A stretch of DNA of 64,000 nucleotides, taken from NCBI GenBank assembly GCA_965248695.1, contig CBDFKD010000002.1, forward strand, positions 640,001 to 704,000, in the 5' to 3' direction. Below are positions 29,296 to 40,004 of the stretch, in pieces. The stretch's first letter is position 1, and each line of letters opens with the position of its first letter. A program made the translations under genes and the position numbers. The notes under the pieces were generated by a model. The model was given only the letters and a program-made list of their open reading frames with translations, made no database searches and was not told where the DNA came from. The DNA comes from Acidobacteriota bacterium (GTDB taxonomy: Bacteria; Acidobacteriota; UBA890; WLXD01).

Positions 29296-29970
29296 GTGCC
29301 GTCGCAGACATCCATCGAACCGTCGACGCAGACGGTCACGATCAACGAGATCTTCGTCTCCATTCAAGGCGAGTCGACGTGGGCCGGGAGTCCGTGTGTG
29401 TTCCTACGCACCACCGGCTGTCCCCTTCGCTGTCGCTGGTGCGACACCGAGTACGCCTTCCACGAAGGCGAGCCGTGGCGCGTCGACGACCTCGTGGAGG
29501 AGGCCTGTCGACACCAGATTCCACTGGTAGAGATCACCGGTGGAGAACCGCTCGTCCAACCGGGCGTACCGGCCCTCGCCGAGCGCTTGCTGGAGCGTGG
29601 TATGACGGTGCTGGTTGAAACATCGGGCGCGTACGACATCTCGGTTCTTCCACCAGGAGTGAACCGCATCGTCGATCTCAAGTGCCCTGGCTCCGGGGAA
29701 TGCGAGCGCAACGATCTCGAGAACCTCCAACGCCTGCGCGACGGCGATGAGATCAAGTTCGTGCTGGCGGACCGAGCCGACTACGAATGGGCCGTATCGA
29801 TGCTCCGCGAGCACCGTCTGGCCGGCGCGTATCCGGTGCTGTTTGCGCCGGTTTGGGAGCAGTTGGAGCCTGCTATGCTGGCCGCCTGGATACTGGAAGA
29901 CGCGCTTCCCGTGACCCTGCAGCTGCAGCTGCACAAGGTGATCTGGCCCGGGGTGGAGCGCGGAATCTGA
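29296..29970 (+). CDS. queE: 7-carboxy-7-deazaguanine synthase (radical SAM)
   Basis: SIQGE, CPLRCRWCDT, TGGEP, QLHK. Confidence 0.95.
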   Translation: MPSQTSIEPSTQTVTINEIFVSIQGESTWAGSPCVFLRTTGCPLRCRWCDTEYAFHEGEPWRVDDLVEEACRHQIPLVEITGGEPLVQPGVPALAERLLERGMTVLVETSGAYDISVLPPGVNRIVDLKCPGSGECERNDLENLQRLRDGDEIKFVLADRADYEWAVSMLREHRLAGAYPVLFAPVWEQLEPAMLAAWILEDALPVTLQLQLHKVIWPGVERGI

Positions 29971-30371
29971 TGCCTGGACCACAGCCACACGTCGAGCTCA
30001 GCACCACGTTCGGCCTCGAAGCCTCGCATCTGCTGCCACATGCGCCGGAGAACAGCGTTTGCCGGCGCCTGCACGGCCACTCCTGGCGCGTCGATGTCGC
30101 CGTCGCAGGATCGGTCGACCCGCAGGCCGGCTGGCTGATCGACTACCACGACATCGAGGCAGCGTGGACGCCGATCCACGAGGCTCTGGACCATCGTCAC
30201 CTCAATGACGTGGCCGGCCTCGAGAACCCCACCAGCGAATTGCTAGCGGTGTGGATATGGAGTCGGCTGGCGCCGCGCCTGGACGGATTGTCCAGCGTGA
30301 CGGTGCACGAAACGTGTACCGCTCGTTGCACTTATTTCGGCCCCGGCGCGGTCACTGGAGGAGAGGCGTGA
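29970..30371 (+). CDS. queD: 6-carboxytetrahydropterin synthase
   Basis: CRRLHGHSW, LDHRHLN, LENPTSE, HET. Confidence 0.95.
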   Translation: MPGPQPHVELSTTFGLEASHLLPHAPENSVCRRLHGHSWRVDVAVAGSVDPQAGWLIDYHDIEAAWTPIHEALDHRHLNDVAGLENPTSELLAVWIWSRLAPRLDGLSSVTVHETCTARCTYFGPGAVTGGEA

Positions 30372-30784
30372 CGAAAGACCCGTACCAAGCCTTACCCGGC
30401 AACGGCTACACCGACGCGCACGCCGCCGCCGGACTCGACGAGCCGTTGCCTGACCTGGCGACCTTCCCGAACCAGTTCCCGGGATACTCGGTTCTCATCG
30501 AGCACCCGGAATTTACTTCGATCTGCCCCAAGACCGGGCTGCCGGATTTCGGCACTCTCCGGATCGAGTACGAGCCCGATGTCGAGTGCCTCGAGCTGAA
30601 GGCGCTGAAGCTCTACCTCAACGGCTACCGTAACGTCGGAATATTCCAGGAGAACGTCGTCAATCGCGTCCTGCGCGATGTGGTGGCGGCCTGCGCCCCG
30701 ATCTCCTGTGAGGTTCGTGGCGAATTCGCGGCGCGCGGCGGACTCAGCACCACGGTTACGGCTCGTCACCACCGCGAGCAATGA
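30368..30784 (+). CDS. queF: preQ0 reductase (short type)
   Basis: EFTSICPKTGLPDF, ELKALKLY, RGG. Confidence 0.95.
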   Translation: MTKDPYQALPGNGYTDAHAAAGLDEPLPDLATFPNQFPGYSVLIEHPEFTSICPKTGLPDFGTLRIEYEPDVECLELKALKLYLNGYRNVGIFQENVVNRVLRDVVAACAPISCEVRGEFAARGGLSTTVTARHHREQ

Positions 30785-30815
30785 CGCCCGTTCCGCCCTC
30801 GGCCAGACGGCGTGG

Positions 30816-31778
30816 CTAACGACGAAGAGCCGCTTCGATCTTCGGAAGCGCTGCCAGCGCCACCTCCCCGACGATCTGAAACGAGCCCGCACTCAGCTTG
30901 TCGAACGTGTCGAACGGCGAGTGCCAGTATCGATTGCCGGGCCCGTAATTGAAATCGATCAGGTCGACCGCATCCACCCCGGCCTCGAGAAACGGCAGGT
31001 GGTCGTCGAGGATCTGATGGTAGGTATCCGGGAAGTTATCGCCGTGTCCGATCTCACGGGCACTGCTCCAGATGATGTCCGTGAGCCAGCTCGTCGACGC
31101 CATCTCCCTCGATATCGCTAGGTCCTTGTCACCGATCATGTCGAACAGGATCAGCGCGCCGATGCGGTCGAGGGTTCCGTCGCGCGAGAAGCGGTCGACG
31201 AGATGCCTCGATCCGTAGACGCTGTCGTCCGCGGTCCACTGCACGACGGCCTCTTCCCCGTCGAAGAACACCAACCACACCGGAACGCCGAGCGGTTCAG
31301 CGATCAACACCGGTGCGAGCGCCAGCAGTATCGCCGCACTGGACGCGCCGTCGTTCGCTCCGACGAACTCCACCCCCTCGAACCGCTTGGTGTCGTAGTG
31401 TCCGGCAAGCAAAATCAACGGACCGTCCGCGACCCCTTCCCGCGCCGGGATCTCGGCGATGATGTTGGCCATAGCCGACGGCCCGATCGGAGTCTCGGCG
31501 GTGAACTCGTCGCGCCACGAATCCAGGCCGAGCGTTGCGAGCTCCGCCTCGATATAGACGCGATTCTCCTCCAGAGCCTCGCTGTTGAGCGGTCGCGGGC
31601 CGAGCGCCACCATTGCCTCCGCGTGGGCGAGCGCACGCTCACCATCGATCGTGGCGGCCTGCGGCAGCGGCGAGATCGCGACGGTCATCAAAACGGCGAG
31701 CCCCCCTACGATTGCATGGACCAGCTTGCTCCTGCCCAACCGACGACCAGTGCCCATCGGCCCCCTCCGCTTCGCCAT
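30816..31778 (-). CDS. M28 peptidase / glutaminyl-cyclase-like protein
   Basis: GHYDTK, GANDGAS, FDGEE, DMIGD, DDHLPF, WH. Confidence 0.9.
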   Translation of the reverse strand: MAKRRGPMGTGRRLGRSKLVHAIVGGLAVLMTVAISPLPQAATIDGERALAHAEAMVALGPRPLNSEALEENRVYIEAELATLGLDSWRDEFTAETPIGPSAMANIIAEIPAREGVADGPLILLAGHYDTKRFEGVEFVGANDGASSAAILLALAPVLIAEPLGVPVWLVFFDGEEAVVQWTADDSVYGSRHLVDRFSRDGTLDRIGALILFDMIGDKDLAISREMASTSWLTDIIWSSAREIGHGDNFPDTYHQILDDHLPFLEAGVDAVDLIDFNYGPGNRYWHSPFDTFDKLSAGSFQIVGEVALAALPKIEAALRR

Positions 31779-31889
31779 GCCCGCGCTGGCGAGCACCATC
31801 GATGGTTCGAACGGTTACGGTATCCCTCGGCGGCATCCTAACCGCCCGACACAGCGAAAGCTCGCCCCAGCCCGCCCAGATACGCATCC

Positions 31890-32885
31890 ATGTCGCCACA
31901 CGCACCGTTCCGACCTGCCGCCATGCTACGCGGCGCCCATCGTCAGACCATCTGGGCGAACTACGCGCCCCGTAGCTCGACAGCCGCAACCCTCGTCGGC
32001 GATGCGCAGCAGGTATCGCTACCGACGCCGGATGGCGACTGCCTGCGGGTCCACTGGAACCGGGCGCAGCCGGCGGCGAGCGCGGTGCTGCTGGTTCTAC
32101 ACGGCCTGACCGGCTGCGGAACATCGCCACAGGTAGTCGGCATCGCAGCCAAGGGTCGGGCGCGCGGGTTCGATGTGGTTCGGGCCGACCTGCGCAACGC
32201 CTCGGGGGATGTCCCGAGCACGCAGGTAGGCCATGCCGGACGCTCCGAGGACGTGCGGACGATCCTGTGCCACATCCTCGAACGGTCACCCGGTGCAACC
32301 GTTTGCATTACCGGCTACTCGCTCGGCGGCAACATCGCCTTGAAGTGTCTCTGCGAGCTCGCCGAGAGCGCACCGAAACAGCTGCGCGCAGTCGCTACGA
32401 TCTCGGTACCGATCAACCTCGACGCCGCCTGCCGGCGAATCGACGCCCCCGTCAACATCGTCTATCGCACCTACTTCGTGAGTCGTCTGCGTCGCATCGT
32501 CGCCAGAAGGGCTCTGCAAGACCCCGAGCGATACGCGCAGATCAACCTCGGCGGAGTGCGGACGATCCGCAGCTTCGACGACGCCGTCGTCGCGCCGCTA
32601 GGCGGCTTCGACAGCGCTGCGGACTACTATCGGCGATGTAGCGCGCTCCGATTCATCGACGCGATTCGTGTCCCGACGCTGCTCATTCAGGCGCACGACG
32701 ACCCGTTCATCCCGTTCGACGTGTATTGCGACCCGCGGATCGCGTCGAACCGCGCCGTGAGGCTGCTGGCGACGACGCATGGCGGCCATACCGGTTTCTA
32801 TGGCTCATCTGCCGCTGATCCGGACCCCTTCTGGGCAGAGAATCGCGCCGTTGACTTCTGCGCCAAGGCAGCCGATCTTGCGTGA
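31890..32885 (+). CDS. YheT-family alpha/beta hydrolase
   Basis: HRQTI, LHGLTG, GYSLGGN, FDD, DDPFI, GGHTGF. Confidence 0.9.
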   Translation: MSPHAPFRPAAMLRGAHRQTIWANYAPRSSTAATLVGDAQQVSLPTPDGDCLRVHWNRAQPAASAVLLVLHGLTGCGTSPQVVGIAAKGRARGFDVVRADLRNASGDVPSTQVGHAGRSEDVRTILCHILERSPGATVCITGYSLGGNIALKCLCELAESAPKQLRAVATISVPINLDAACRRIDAPVNIVYRTYFVSRLRRIVARRALQDPERYAQINLGGVRTIRSFDDAVVAPLGGFDSAADYYRRCSALRFIDAIRVPTLLIQAHDDPFIPFDVYCDPRIASNRAVRLLATTHGGHTGFYGSSAADPDPFWAENRAVDFCAKAADLA

Positions 32886-32886
32886 G

Positions 32887-35353
32887 ATGATCGTGATCTC
32901 CCGCTGGGCAAGGCCATCGGCGCGACGCATCGGCACCATCGCATTGGCCTGCGCCACCACTGTTGGCGCCGCAACCACACTCGGTAGCACCGGCCGGCAG
33001 TCGACAATCTACGAGCAGCTGCGCGCTGCACCGCTGGCTCCCGCCGGACATCTGCAGCGCGCACACCTGGAAGTAGATCGCGCCAACCTGACTTTCGACG
33101 AAGGCGAGCTGTACCTGCTTGCTCCGGTCGCGGGACGGGTGACCGGAGCGGTCTACATCGGCAAGGGAACGATCCAGCTCGCCCCACCGAACGCGATCGA
33201 GGGCGATCAGCTGGACAAATACCTCGACGATCCAGACGTCGACCTGGAGTTCAAGTCGTTGGTCATGCGGTTCACTGACGACACCGGCGAGCGGCTGCGG
33301 CAGCTTGCAGGTACCCCGCGACGCCCGGACCTGAAGAAGGCAAACTCGGCTGTTTCGGCAGCGGCATGAGAAGGTCTTCGAGGAGCGCCTGCTGAACCTG
33401 GACAGCCGCGTCCTCATGGACATCGCAGATACGCGCTTCGACCTCACAGAGTCACGACCGGGGTATTTCTTCGCCGATATCGATGCCAAGGGCTGGTTTA
33501 CCTACGAGGTCGATCCGTTTCGGGTCGAGGAAGTCAGCCTTTACAAGGCCTACGGCTTGCGCCGCTCCTGGGACCGTTGGTCGGCGTTTCATCGGCTCGA
33601 CGACTACGCCGTCGCCGACGGGGCCCGACATAGCGCGTTCGCCGGACCGCTGGATCTCAACGAGCACTGGCGTCCCGCGGCGCTGGTGCACGAAGTCCGC
33701 ACCGACGTGGCCATCGACGGCGGCGGAGAGGTCGTGGCGGTGGCGGAGCTGGAGATCGAGTCGCTCGTCTCCACGAGCGTCATCAGACTGACCCTGTCGT
33801 CGCTGCTAGGTGTCGAGGAGATCCGCTGGGACAGCTCGCCGCTCGCAGATGCGGACGCCACCAGCTGGATTGACGCCTCCTCCCCTGGCGAGCCCCATGC
33901 CTTGAGCGGCGCTGTCGTGCCGTTCGTGCAGGAGCACCTCGGCCGCGGCCTGGGGGAGGATCGCTGGGAACCGCGGGTCACCGTTCTCCTTCCGCGCCCG
34001 GTCGCCGCCGGCGAGCGACTCGTCCTGCAGGTCCGCTATGGCGGCGAGCTGCTCGAGCGACTCCAGAACCGTGACTTCGTTCACCGCGACCCTGACAACT
34101 GGTACCCGCAACACCCACACGCACGGCGCTCGCGCTTCACGACCGTGTTTCGCGTGCCGGAACGCATGAGCATCGCCACCGGCGGTCAGCTAAAGAGCGA
34201 GTCCGTGGTCGCGGGCACACGCATCGAGTTGCGCACGATCTCCCAGCCGGTCATCGGGATGTCGTTTCACTTTGGCCGACTCGAGGCCGACAACCACGTT
34301 CTCGAAGGTCTGCCACCGCTGACCGTTTTCTCGTCGCCGCACACCACCGGCATCGATTTCGGCAATCGTGAAAAGACGCGCGACGACATCGCCGGATCGA
34401 TCAAGCTGTTCACCGACTACTACGGGCCTCCGCCGTTCGATCGACTGGTCGTCACTCAAACGCCCACCGCCGACGCACGCTCGTTTCACGGCTTCATTCT
34501 CCTCGGGTTCGGCTCCTTCGCCGGCATGCACACCGGCGAAGCCGAGCTGCTCCGCTCACACGAGCTCGCTCACCAGTGGTGGGGAAACGCCGTGACTTGG
34601 GACAGCTACCACGACCACTGGATGTCGGAGGGCTTCGCACAGTACTCATCCGCGCTCTACGCCTTGAAGGCGCTGGGTGACCAGGAGCAGTTTGCCGCCA
34701 TGATGGAAGCCTGGCGCAAGGACGTGCTGGCCAAGGTCGATGTACGCCAGCGCCTCGGGCTGCGCCACTACGGGTTGACGCGCGAGATATTGAGAGAGAG
34801 CGACGGCACCGACTCCGGTCCCATCTGGTTGGGACCGCGACTGGCGTCCGACAAGACACCGTTCGACTATCGGATTCTGGTCTACGAGAAGGGTGCCTAC
34901 GTGTTGCATATGCTGCGGATGATGCTGCTCGACTGGGAGCATGACGACGACGATCGCTTCAGACAGCTGATGCGCGATTTCCAGCAACGTCATCGTGGTG
35001 GCGCGGCCAGCACGATGGATTTTCGCGAGGCCGCTGAGCAAGCCGTCGGCGCGCCCTTGGACTGGTTCTTCGATCAATGGGTCTACGGGACCGCGATTCC
35101 GACCTATCGTCCTGATCTGACCGGTCGGCTCACAGACTCCGGCTGGCGTCTGACCGGGTCAGTTCGCCAGGACGACGTACCGGACGATTTCCGCATGCCG
35201 GTGCCGGTGCGTGTTCGCCTGGTCAACGGCGGCTCGCAGGTCGTTGTGCTGGATATCGACCGCCGAACTGTTCAGGTCGACGAACCCTTGCTTGGCGAGC
35301 CCGAAGAGATCGAGTTCAACCCGCAGAGCGCCGTCCTCGCCACCGTCAGGTAG
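32887..35353 (+). pseudogene. M1 aminopeptidase-like gene with a +1 frameshift near 33343 (possible sequencing indel)
   Basis: HELAHQWWG...WMSEGFAQY, YEKG in the downstream frame; removing one A from AAA (33342-33344) fuses 32887-33369 with the 33416-35353 frame. Confidence 0.8.
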
Positions 35354-35807
35354 CGTCGGATCCGTCTTCGCCCGCGGCCGTCAGCAGTGCGCTGTATCCG
35401 CGCTCGCCACCATCACCGAGCTCAATGGGCAGACCGGCGGCCTTCCAACCGGCGACCAGCATTTGACCAGCCGGATCACGCTGGCCGTTGAAGCCGGCGT
35501 CTACATTGAGCACGCGCGCGAACCCGACCCGACTCAACAGGTTGCCGGCGTGTAGCGACCGCTGTCCCGTCGCGCATCCGCAAAGTACGTTGGCGTCGCG
35601 ATCCAGCGCAGCATCAACGACGCGCACGAACTCCGGATTGGGCACCATCATGCCTGACGCTGCATGCGGCAGAGCGAAGGGAACGTTCCAGGCACCGGGC
35701 GGATGACCGCGTTCGAACTCCTCGACAGTGCGGACGTCGAGATAGACGGCATCCTCCTCACGCTCGAGCGATTCAGCCGCCGTCTGCACCGAAACCTCAT
35801 CGATCAT
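35346..35807 (-). CDS. Rhodanese-like protein
   Basis: LDVRTVEEFERGHPPGA, CATGQRS, GW. Confidence 0.88.
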   Translation of the reverse strand: MIDEVSVQTAAESLEREEDAVYLDVRTVEEFERGHPPGAWNVPFALPHAASGMMVPNPEFVRVVDAALDRDANVLCGCATGQRSLHAGNLLSRVGFARVLNVDAGFNGQRDPAGQMLVAGWKAAGLPIELGDGGERGYSALLTAAGEDGSDAT

Positions 35808-35897
35808 TCGTCGCCCTCCGAGTGCCTGCCCTCTTCGCGAACAGTATGATGGATCCTCGATCTCTTCGCCGCCCACTCGCATCGGCAGGAGCAGGCA

Positions 35898-36206
35898 ATG
35901 GACGATGGCCTGGCAACGGACAGCGAGACACACGAGATACGCTGTCCGTGTTGCCGCACCAAGCTCACGCTCGACGCCGCCTCCGGGGCGATCCTGTTCG
36001 AGGAACGGCCGAAACGCGACGCGGCAACGTGGGACGGCGCATTGGCGGCGGGGAAACGCCAGCAAGATGACGCCGCGCGTCAGTTCAAGCAGGGAATCGA
36101 ACGCGAGCTCAACGCCGACGAACTGCTGGAAAAGAAGTTCCGCGAGGCCCTCAAGCGCGCCGACAAGAGCGACTCCCCTCCCCCTCGTATCTTCGATCTC
36201 GATTGA
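35898..36206 (+). CDS. Small zinc-ribbon hypothetical protein
   Basis: IRCPCC...LDAASG, C-terminal PRIFDLD; AGGAG RBS. Confidence 0.75.
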   Translation: MDDGLATDSETHEIRCPCCRTKLTLDAASGAILFEERPKRDAATWDGALAAGKRQQDDAARQFKQGIERELNADELLEKKFREALKRADKSDSPPPRIFDLD

Positions 36207-37540
36207 CTCCAGCGCGCGCCATCGTCCGGATGCTCGCGGCCGGCACCGTGGTAGTGACGGCAGTGGCGGTCCAGGCCACGCCGCAGAAGGGATCGGCGCC
36301 GGGCTTGGTCGACATGCCCGCCGGTGTCGCGAGGGTGCTGGAGCACCCGTCGTTGGACGGCGCCCGCATTGGTCTTCAGGCCGCCGTCCTGACCACAGGC
36401 GAGCTCGTTCTGTCGCATCACGCCGACGAGCTCTTCGCACCTGCCTCGATCACCAAGCTGTTCACCACCGCAACAGCGCTGTCGCGGCTCGGCGCCCATT
36501 TCGTCTGGCGGACGCCGTTGGCGCACAACGGCTCGCGTCGCGGAAGCACCATCGACGGTGACCTGTGGGTACTCGGCCGAGGCGCTCCCGACCTGGTCGA
36601 GGAACGTCTTTGGATCGCCGCCAACTGGCTCGCCGAAGACGGCGTCACACGGATCACGGGCGACCTGGTCGTCGACGATCGCTACTTCGACGCCGAGCGC
36701 TACGGCAACGGCTGGCCCGGGGGCCGACAAGTGCACGAGGCGTATCACGCCTCCATCAGCGCCTCGATGGCCAACTTCAGCGCCCGCCGGGTCAACAACG
36801 AGTGGACCGCGGTCGACGATCCAGCGATCTATCTCGGCGAGCGCATGGCGGCCCTCCTTGGCAAGGCCGGGGTCGAGCTCGGAGGAGCTCCTCGCAGGCC
36901 GCTTCCGGAGGAACTGGACGAGATTCCTGCGCCGACGTTCGACGGCACGGACATGGGCCGGGCATCGGTGCCCGCACCGCTGACATGGCTCTACGATGTC
37001 GAGTCCGAGCCGCTCGGCCGTGTGGTGATGGACGTCAACAAATTCAGCAACAACATCATGGCCGAGTCGTTGCTCAAGACCCTCGGAGCGGTCGAGTACG
37101 CTGCCCCGGGGACCGCCAGCAAGGGGCTCGCAGTGGTCGCGAGCTTCCTGCACGACGAGCTCGAGCTGCCGCTCAACTCGTACGTCCAAGCCGATGGATC
37201 GGGGCTCTCGAACCTCAACCGCTTTGCGCCCTCGCAAGTGGTGACGTTGCTGACTCGAGCGCAGCGCAACTTTCATATCGGTCCCGAGCTGCTGGCTTCG
37301 TTGAAGCTCTCAGGGCTCGATGGCTGGAATCCGGCGCCTTTTCGCAGCGGGCCGCTACTCGGCGAGCTGCGCGTAAAGTCCGGCCACATCCGCGGCGTCA
37401 ATACGCTGAGCGGGCTGGTTCACGCTGATAGCGGTCAGACGCTGGTCTTCTGCGCCATGGTGAACGACCATCGCGCGCAGCAGTGGGAGATCGACCAGCG
37501 CATGGCCGAGATCGCTTCCGTCCTGATGCGCACCTTCTGA
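36203..37540 (+). CDS. dacB: D-Ala-D-Ala carboxypeptidase/endopeptidase (PBP4, S13)
   Basis: PASITK, SNN, DGSGLS, KSG. Confidence 0.92.
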   Translation: MTPARAIVRMLAAGTVVVTAVAVQATPQKGSAPGLVDMPAGVARVLEHPSLDGARIGLQAAVLTTGELVLSHHADELFAPASITKLFTTATALSRLGAHFVWRTPLAHNGSRRGSTIDGDLWVLGRGAPDLVEERLWIAANWLAEDGVTRITGDLVVDDRYFDAERYGNGWPGGRQVHEAYHASISASMANFSARRVNNEWTAVDDPAIYLGERMAALLGKAGVELGGAPRRPLPEELDEIPAPTFDGTDMGRASVPAPLTWLYDVESEPLGRVVMDVNKFSNNIMAESLLKTLGAVEYAAPGTASKGLAVVASFLHDELELPLNSYVQADGSGLSNLNRFAPSQVVTLLTRAQRNFHIGPELLASLKLSGLDGWNPAPFRSGPLLGELRVKSGHIRGVNTLSGLVHADSGQTLVFCAMVNDHRAQQWEIDQRMAEIASVLMRTF

Positions 37541-37596
37541 CCAGACCTGCGCTACGCTGCGCCGCGATCACAAGCTCAATGGCGCCGGAGGGGACA

Positions 37597-38199
37597 ATGC
37601 ACGTCGAGGTTCCGGAATACACCGTCGCCGAAATCGTCGCCGTCGATTCAGCGCGCACCGGCCTGCTCATCGTCGACATGCAGAACGATTTCGTGCGCCC
37701 GGATGGCAAGCTTCCGGTTCCGGGTGCCGAGGAGACGATCCCCGCCATCCTCCGGTTGTTGGAGTTCGCTCGCCACCATCGACTCCGGGTCTTCTACACT
37801 CAAGATTCACATCAGCCCGCCGACCCGGAGTTCGACATCTGGGGGGAGCATGCCCTGGTGGAAACACCGGGGTGGCAAATCATCGACGAGCTGGCGCCGC
37901 AGTCGGGCGGCAGCGATGAGGTGTTCCGCAAGGACCGCTATGACGGATTCTTTCGAACCGAGCTCGAAACATCGCTAGAGCAGGCCGGCATCGATACGCT
38001 GATCATCTGCGGCACGGTGGCGAACATCTGCGTGCTTTCCACCGCCTCCAGTGCCGCCATCCGCTGGTACGACGTGATCCTGCCCGTCGATGCAGTGTCA
38101 GCAATCACCGATTTCGATCTGCAGCTCACTATCCGGCAGGTCGCGTTCCTGTTTCAGGGGACGATCACCACGACGGGCGCGCTGCAAACTCTGGAGTGA
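37597..38199 (+). CDS. Isochorismatase-family cysteine hydrolase
   Basis: VDMQNDF, KDRYDGF, ANICVLST. Confidence 0.9.
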   Translation: MHVEVPEYTVAEIVAVDSARTGLLIVDMQNDFVRPDGKLPVPGAEETIPAILRLLEFARHHRLRVFYTQDSHQPADPEFDIWGEHALVETPGWQIIDELAPQSGGSDEVFRKDRYDGFFRTELETSLEQAGIDTLIICGTVANICVLSTASSAAIRWYDVILPVDAVSAITDFDLQLTIRQVAFLFQGTITTTGALQTLE

Positions 38200-38269
38200 G
38201 CGGGATCAGACAAACAGTCGCCGTACCTGGCCGTGGCTCCCCTGCCCGTTGCGCACCTGCGGCTCCGCG

Positions 38270-39073
38270 TCAGACCAGTCGCGCGGCACCGGTGTAGGCC
38301 ACCAGGCTCGTCCCGCGAACGAAGCCGACCAGCGTCATCGCCTTTTCCGTCGCCAGCTCAATCGCCAGGCTCGAAACGGCGGACACGCCGGCGACCAGCG
38401 GTATGCGCGCCACCGCTGCCTTTTGCACGATCTCGAACGACTGTCGGCCCGACACGACCAGCATGTGACCAGCCAATGGCAACAGGTCGTGGGCATAGGC
38501 GTGGCCAATCACCTTGTCGACGGCATTGTGGCGGCCGATATCCTCGCGCACCACGATCAGCTCACCGTGGCGCGAGAACAACCCGGCGGCGTGCAAGCCG
38601 CCGGTCGCCGAGAAAACTTCCTGGCGATCGCGGAGGGCCGGCACGGCCGCCGAGATATCGGCGCGTTGGAACGTGGTCGGGTCGTCGAGCGGCGGCGCCA
38701 TCACGTGGATCGCTTCAATGCTCGCCTTGCCACAGACGCCGCACGACGAGGAAGCATAGAAGTTGCGATCCCAGTCGCCGGCTGGCTCAACTCCCGGCAC
38801 CAGCCGCACCTCGACTATATTTTCGGGGTTCAAGGCATCCGGATCGGTGCACGCGCTGACCGAACCGATATCGCCCTGGCGGACGATCCCCTCGCTGAAC
38901 AGGAACCCGGCGGCAAGCTCCCGGTCATGGCCCGGAGTCCGCATGACAACCGCCACGGGCTCGCCGCCGAGCCGGATCTCGCAGGGCTCTTCGACGACGA
39001 CCTGGTCGTCAACTTGCTCGACGACGCCGCCAACCGAACGCTGGATGGCAATGGTAGCAACCGACTCTTCCAC
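38270..39073 (-). CDS. fdhD: Formate dehydrogenase accessory sulfurtransferase
   Basis: MRTPG, SSCGVCG, TGGLHAA, EDIGRHNAVDK. Confidence 0.96.
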   Translation of the reverse strand: MEESVATIAIQRSVGGVVEQVDDQVVVEEPCEIRLGGEPVAVVMRTPGHDRELAAGFLFSEGIVRQGDIGSVSACTDPDALNPENIVEVRLVPGVEPAGDWDRNFYASSSCGVCGKASIEAIHVMAPPLDDPTTFQRADISAAVPALRDRQEVFSATGGLHAAGLFSRHGELIVVREDIGRHNAVDKVIGHAYAHDLLPLAGHMLVVSGRQSFEIVQKAAVARIPLVAGVSAVSSLAIELATEKAMTLVGFVRGTSLVAYTGAARLV

Positions 39074-39079
39074 GTCGCC

Positions 39080-39985
39080 TCAGCTCTCCGACACGCTGGA
39101 TGTCGAATCCGGTCGGGCCGTGCCGCCGTGCCGCTCGAGCTCCCCGAGCAGGTCTTCCGAGTCCCAGTCGTTGCCGACGAAACCCTTCACCACCGTGCCT
39201 TCCGGGTCGACGAGGACAGTGCGTAGAGAGTGCAGCAGCTCGCCGTTCTCGGGCATGAAGCGCAGGCCGGTGAACTCTCCGATCTCCCTGAGCGCTGGCG
39301 GTTCTGCGCTGGCGAACTGCCAGCGCTCGAATCCCTCCGGGGCGGCGTTGTCTAGATACCGTTCACCGTATTGGCGCAACACTTCCACCGTGTCGAACAG
39401 CGGATCGATGCTCAACGACAGCAGTCGCAGATCACGGAAGCGCTCCGGCTCATCCTCGACGGCGTCGAACAGCGACCTGAAGCTCTCCGACATTCGCGGG
39501 CAAAAATCCGGCAGCGGGCAACGAGTGTAAATAAACGTGAAGGCAAAGTAGCTGCCGCGATACGCGTCGAGCCCGAACCGCTCGCCGTCCTGGTTGATCA
39601 CCTCGATCACGGGCACGAGCACACCAGGCTCGGCGACGCGGATCACCGCCTCGGCAGCGGCGCCGCGAGCAGCCGGGTTGGTGATGATGACGTCCTCTAG
39701 CCAGCTGCTCGCCCCCTGGACGATCAAAGTGGCGCGCACACGCGCTCCCGGCTCAGCCGCATCGAACACCCAAGCGTCGGCAACGTTGAACGGCATCGTC
39801 ATCGCGGACATGTAGTCCACCACTGCCTCATGACTGATCATGACGGTCTTGTGCTCAGCGTCGGCGCTGACCACCGTGCCGACCAGGTCGTAGCGCAATG
39901 TCGAGCCTTCCGACCCCGGTTCGGTCGCAGCACAGGCACCGGCGATCAGGACGGCTACGATGCAACAGCACAGTCGTGGGGTCAT
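39080..39985 (-). CDS. SCO-family lipoprotein with N-terminal CusF-like domain
   Basis: IAGAC lipobox, HE...YMSAMTMPF, YTRCPLPDFCP. Confidence 0.9.
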   Translation of the reverse strand: MTPRLCCCIVAVLIAGACAATEPGSEGSTLRYDLVGTVVSADAEHKTVMISHEAVVDYMSAMTMPFNVADAWVFDAAEPGARVRATLIVQGASSWLEDVIITNPAARGAAAEAVIRVAEPGVLVPVIEVINQDGERFGLDAYRGSYFAFTFIYTRCPLPDFCPRMSESFRSLFDAVEDEPERFRDLRLLSLSIDPLFDTVEVLRQYGERYLDNAAPEGFERWQFASAEPPALREIGEFTGLRFMPENGELLHSLRTVLVDPEGTVVKGFVGNDWDSEDLLGELERHGGTARPDSTSSVSES

Positions 39986-40004
39986 GCGGACGGATCCAAG
40001 GACA

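Noticed and set aside
28488-30784. queCEDF as a dpd DNA-modification or Qat defence island
   Set aside because: queF is present and no dpdA/B/C, qat ATPase or nuclease is adjacent; consistent with ordinary tRNA queuosine synthesis.
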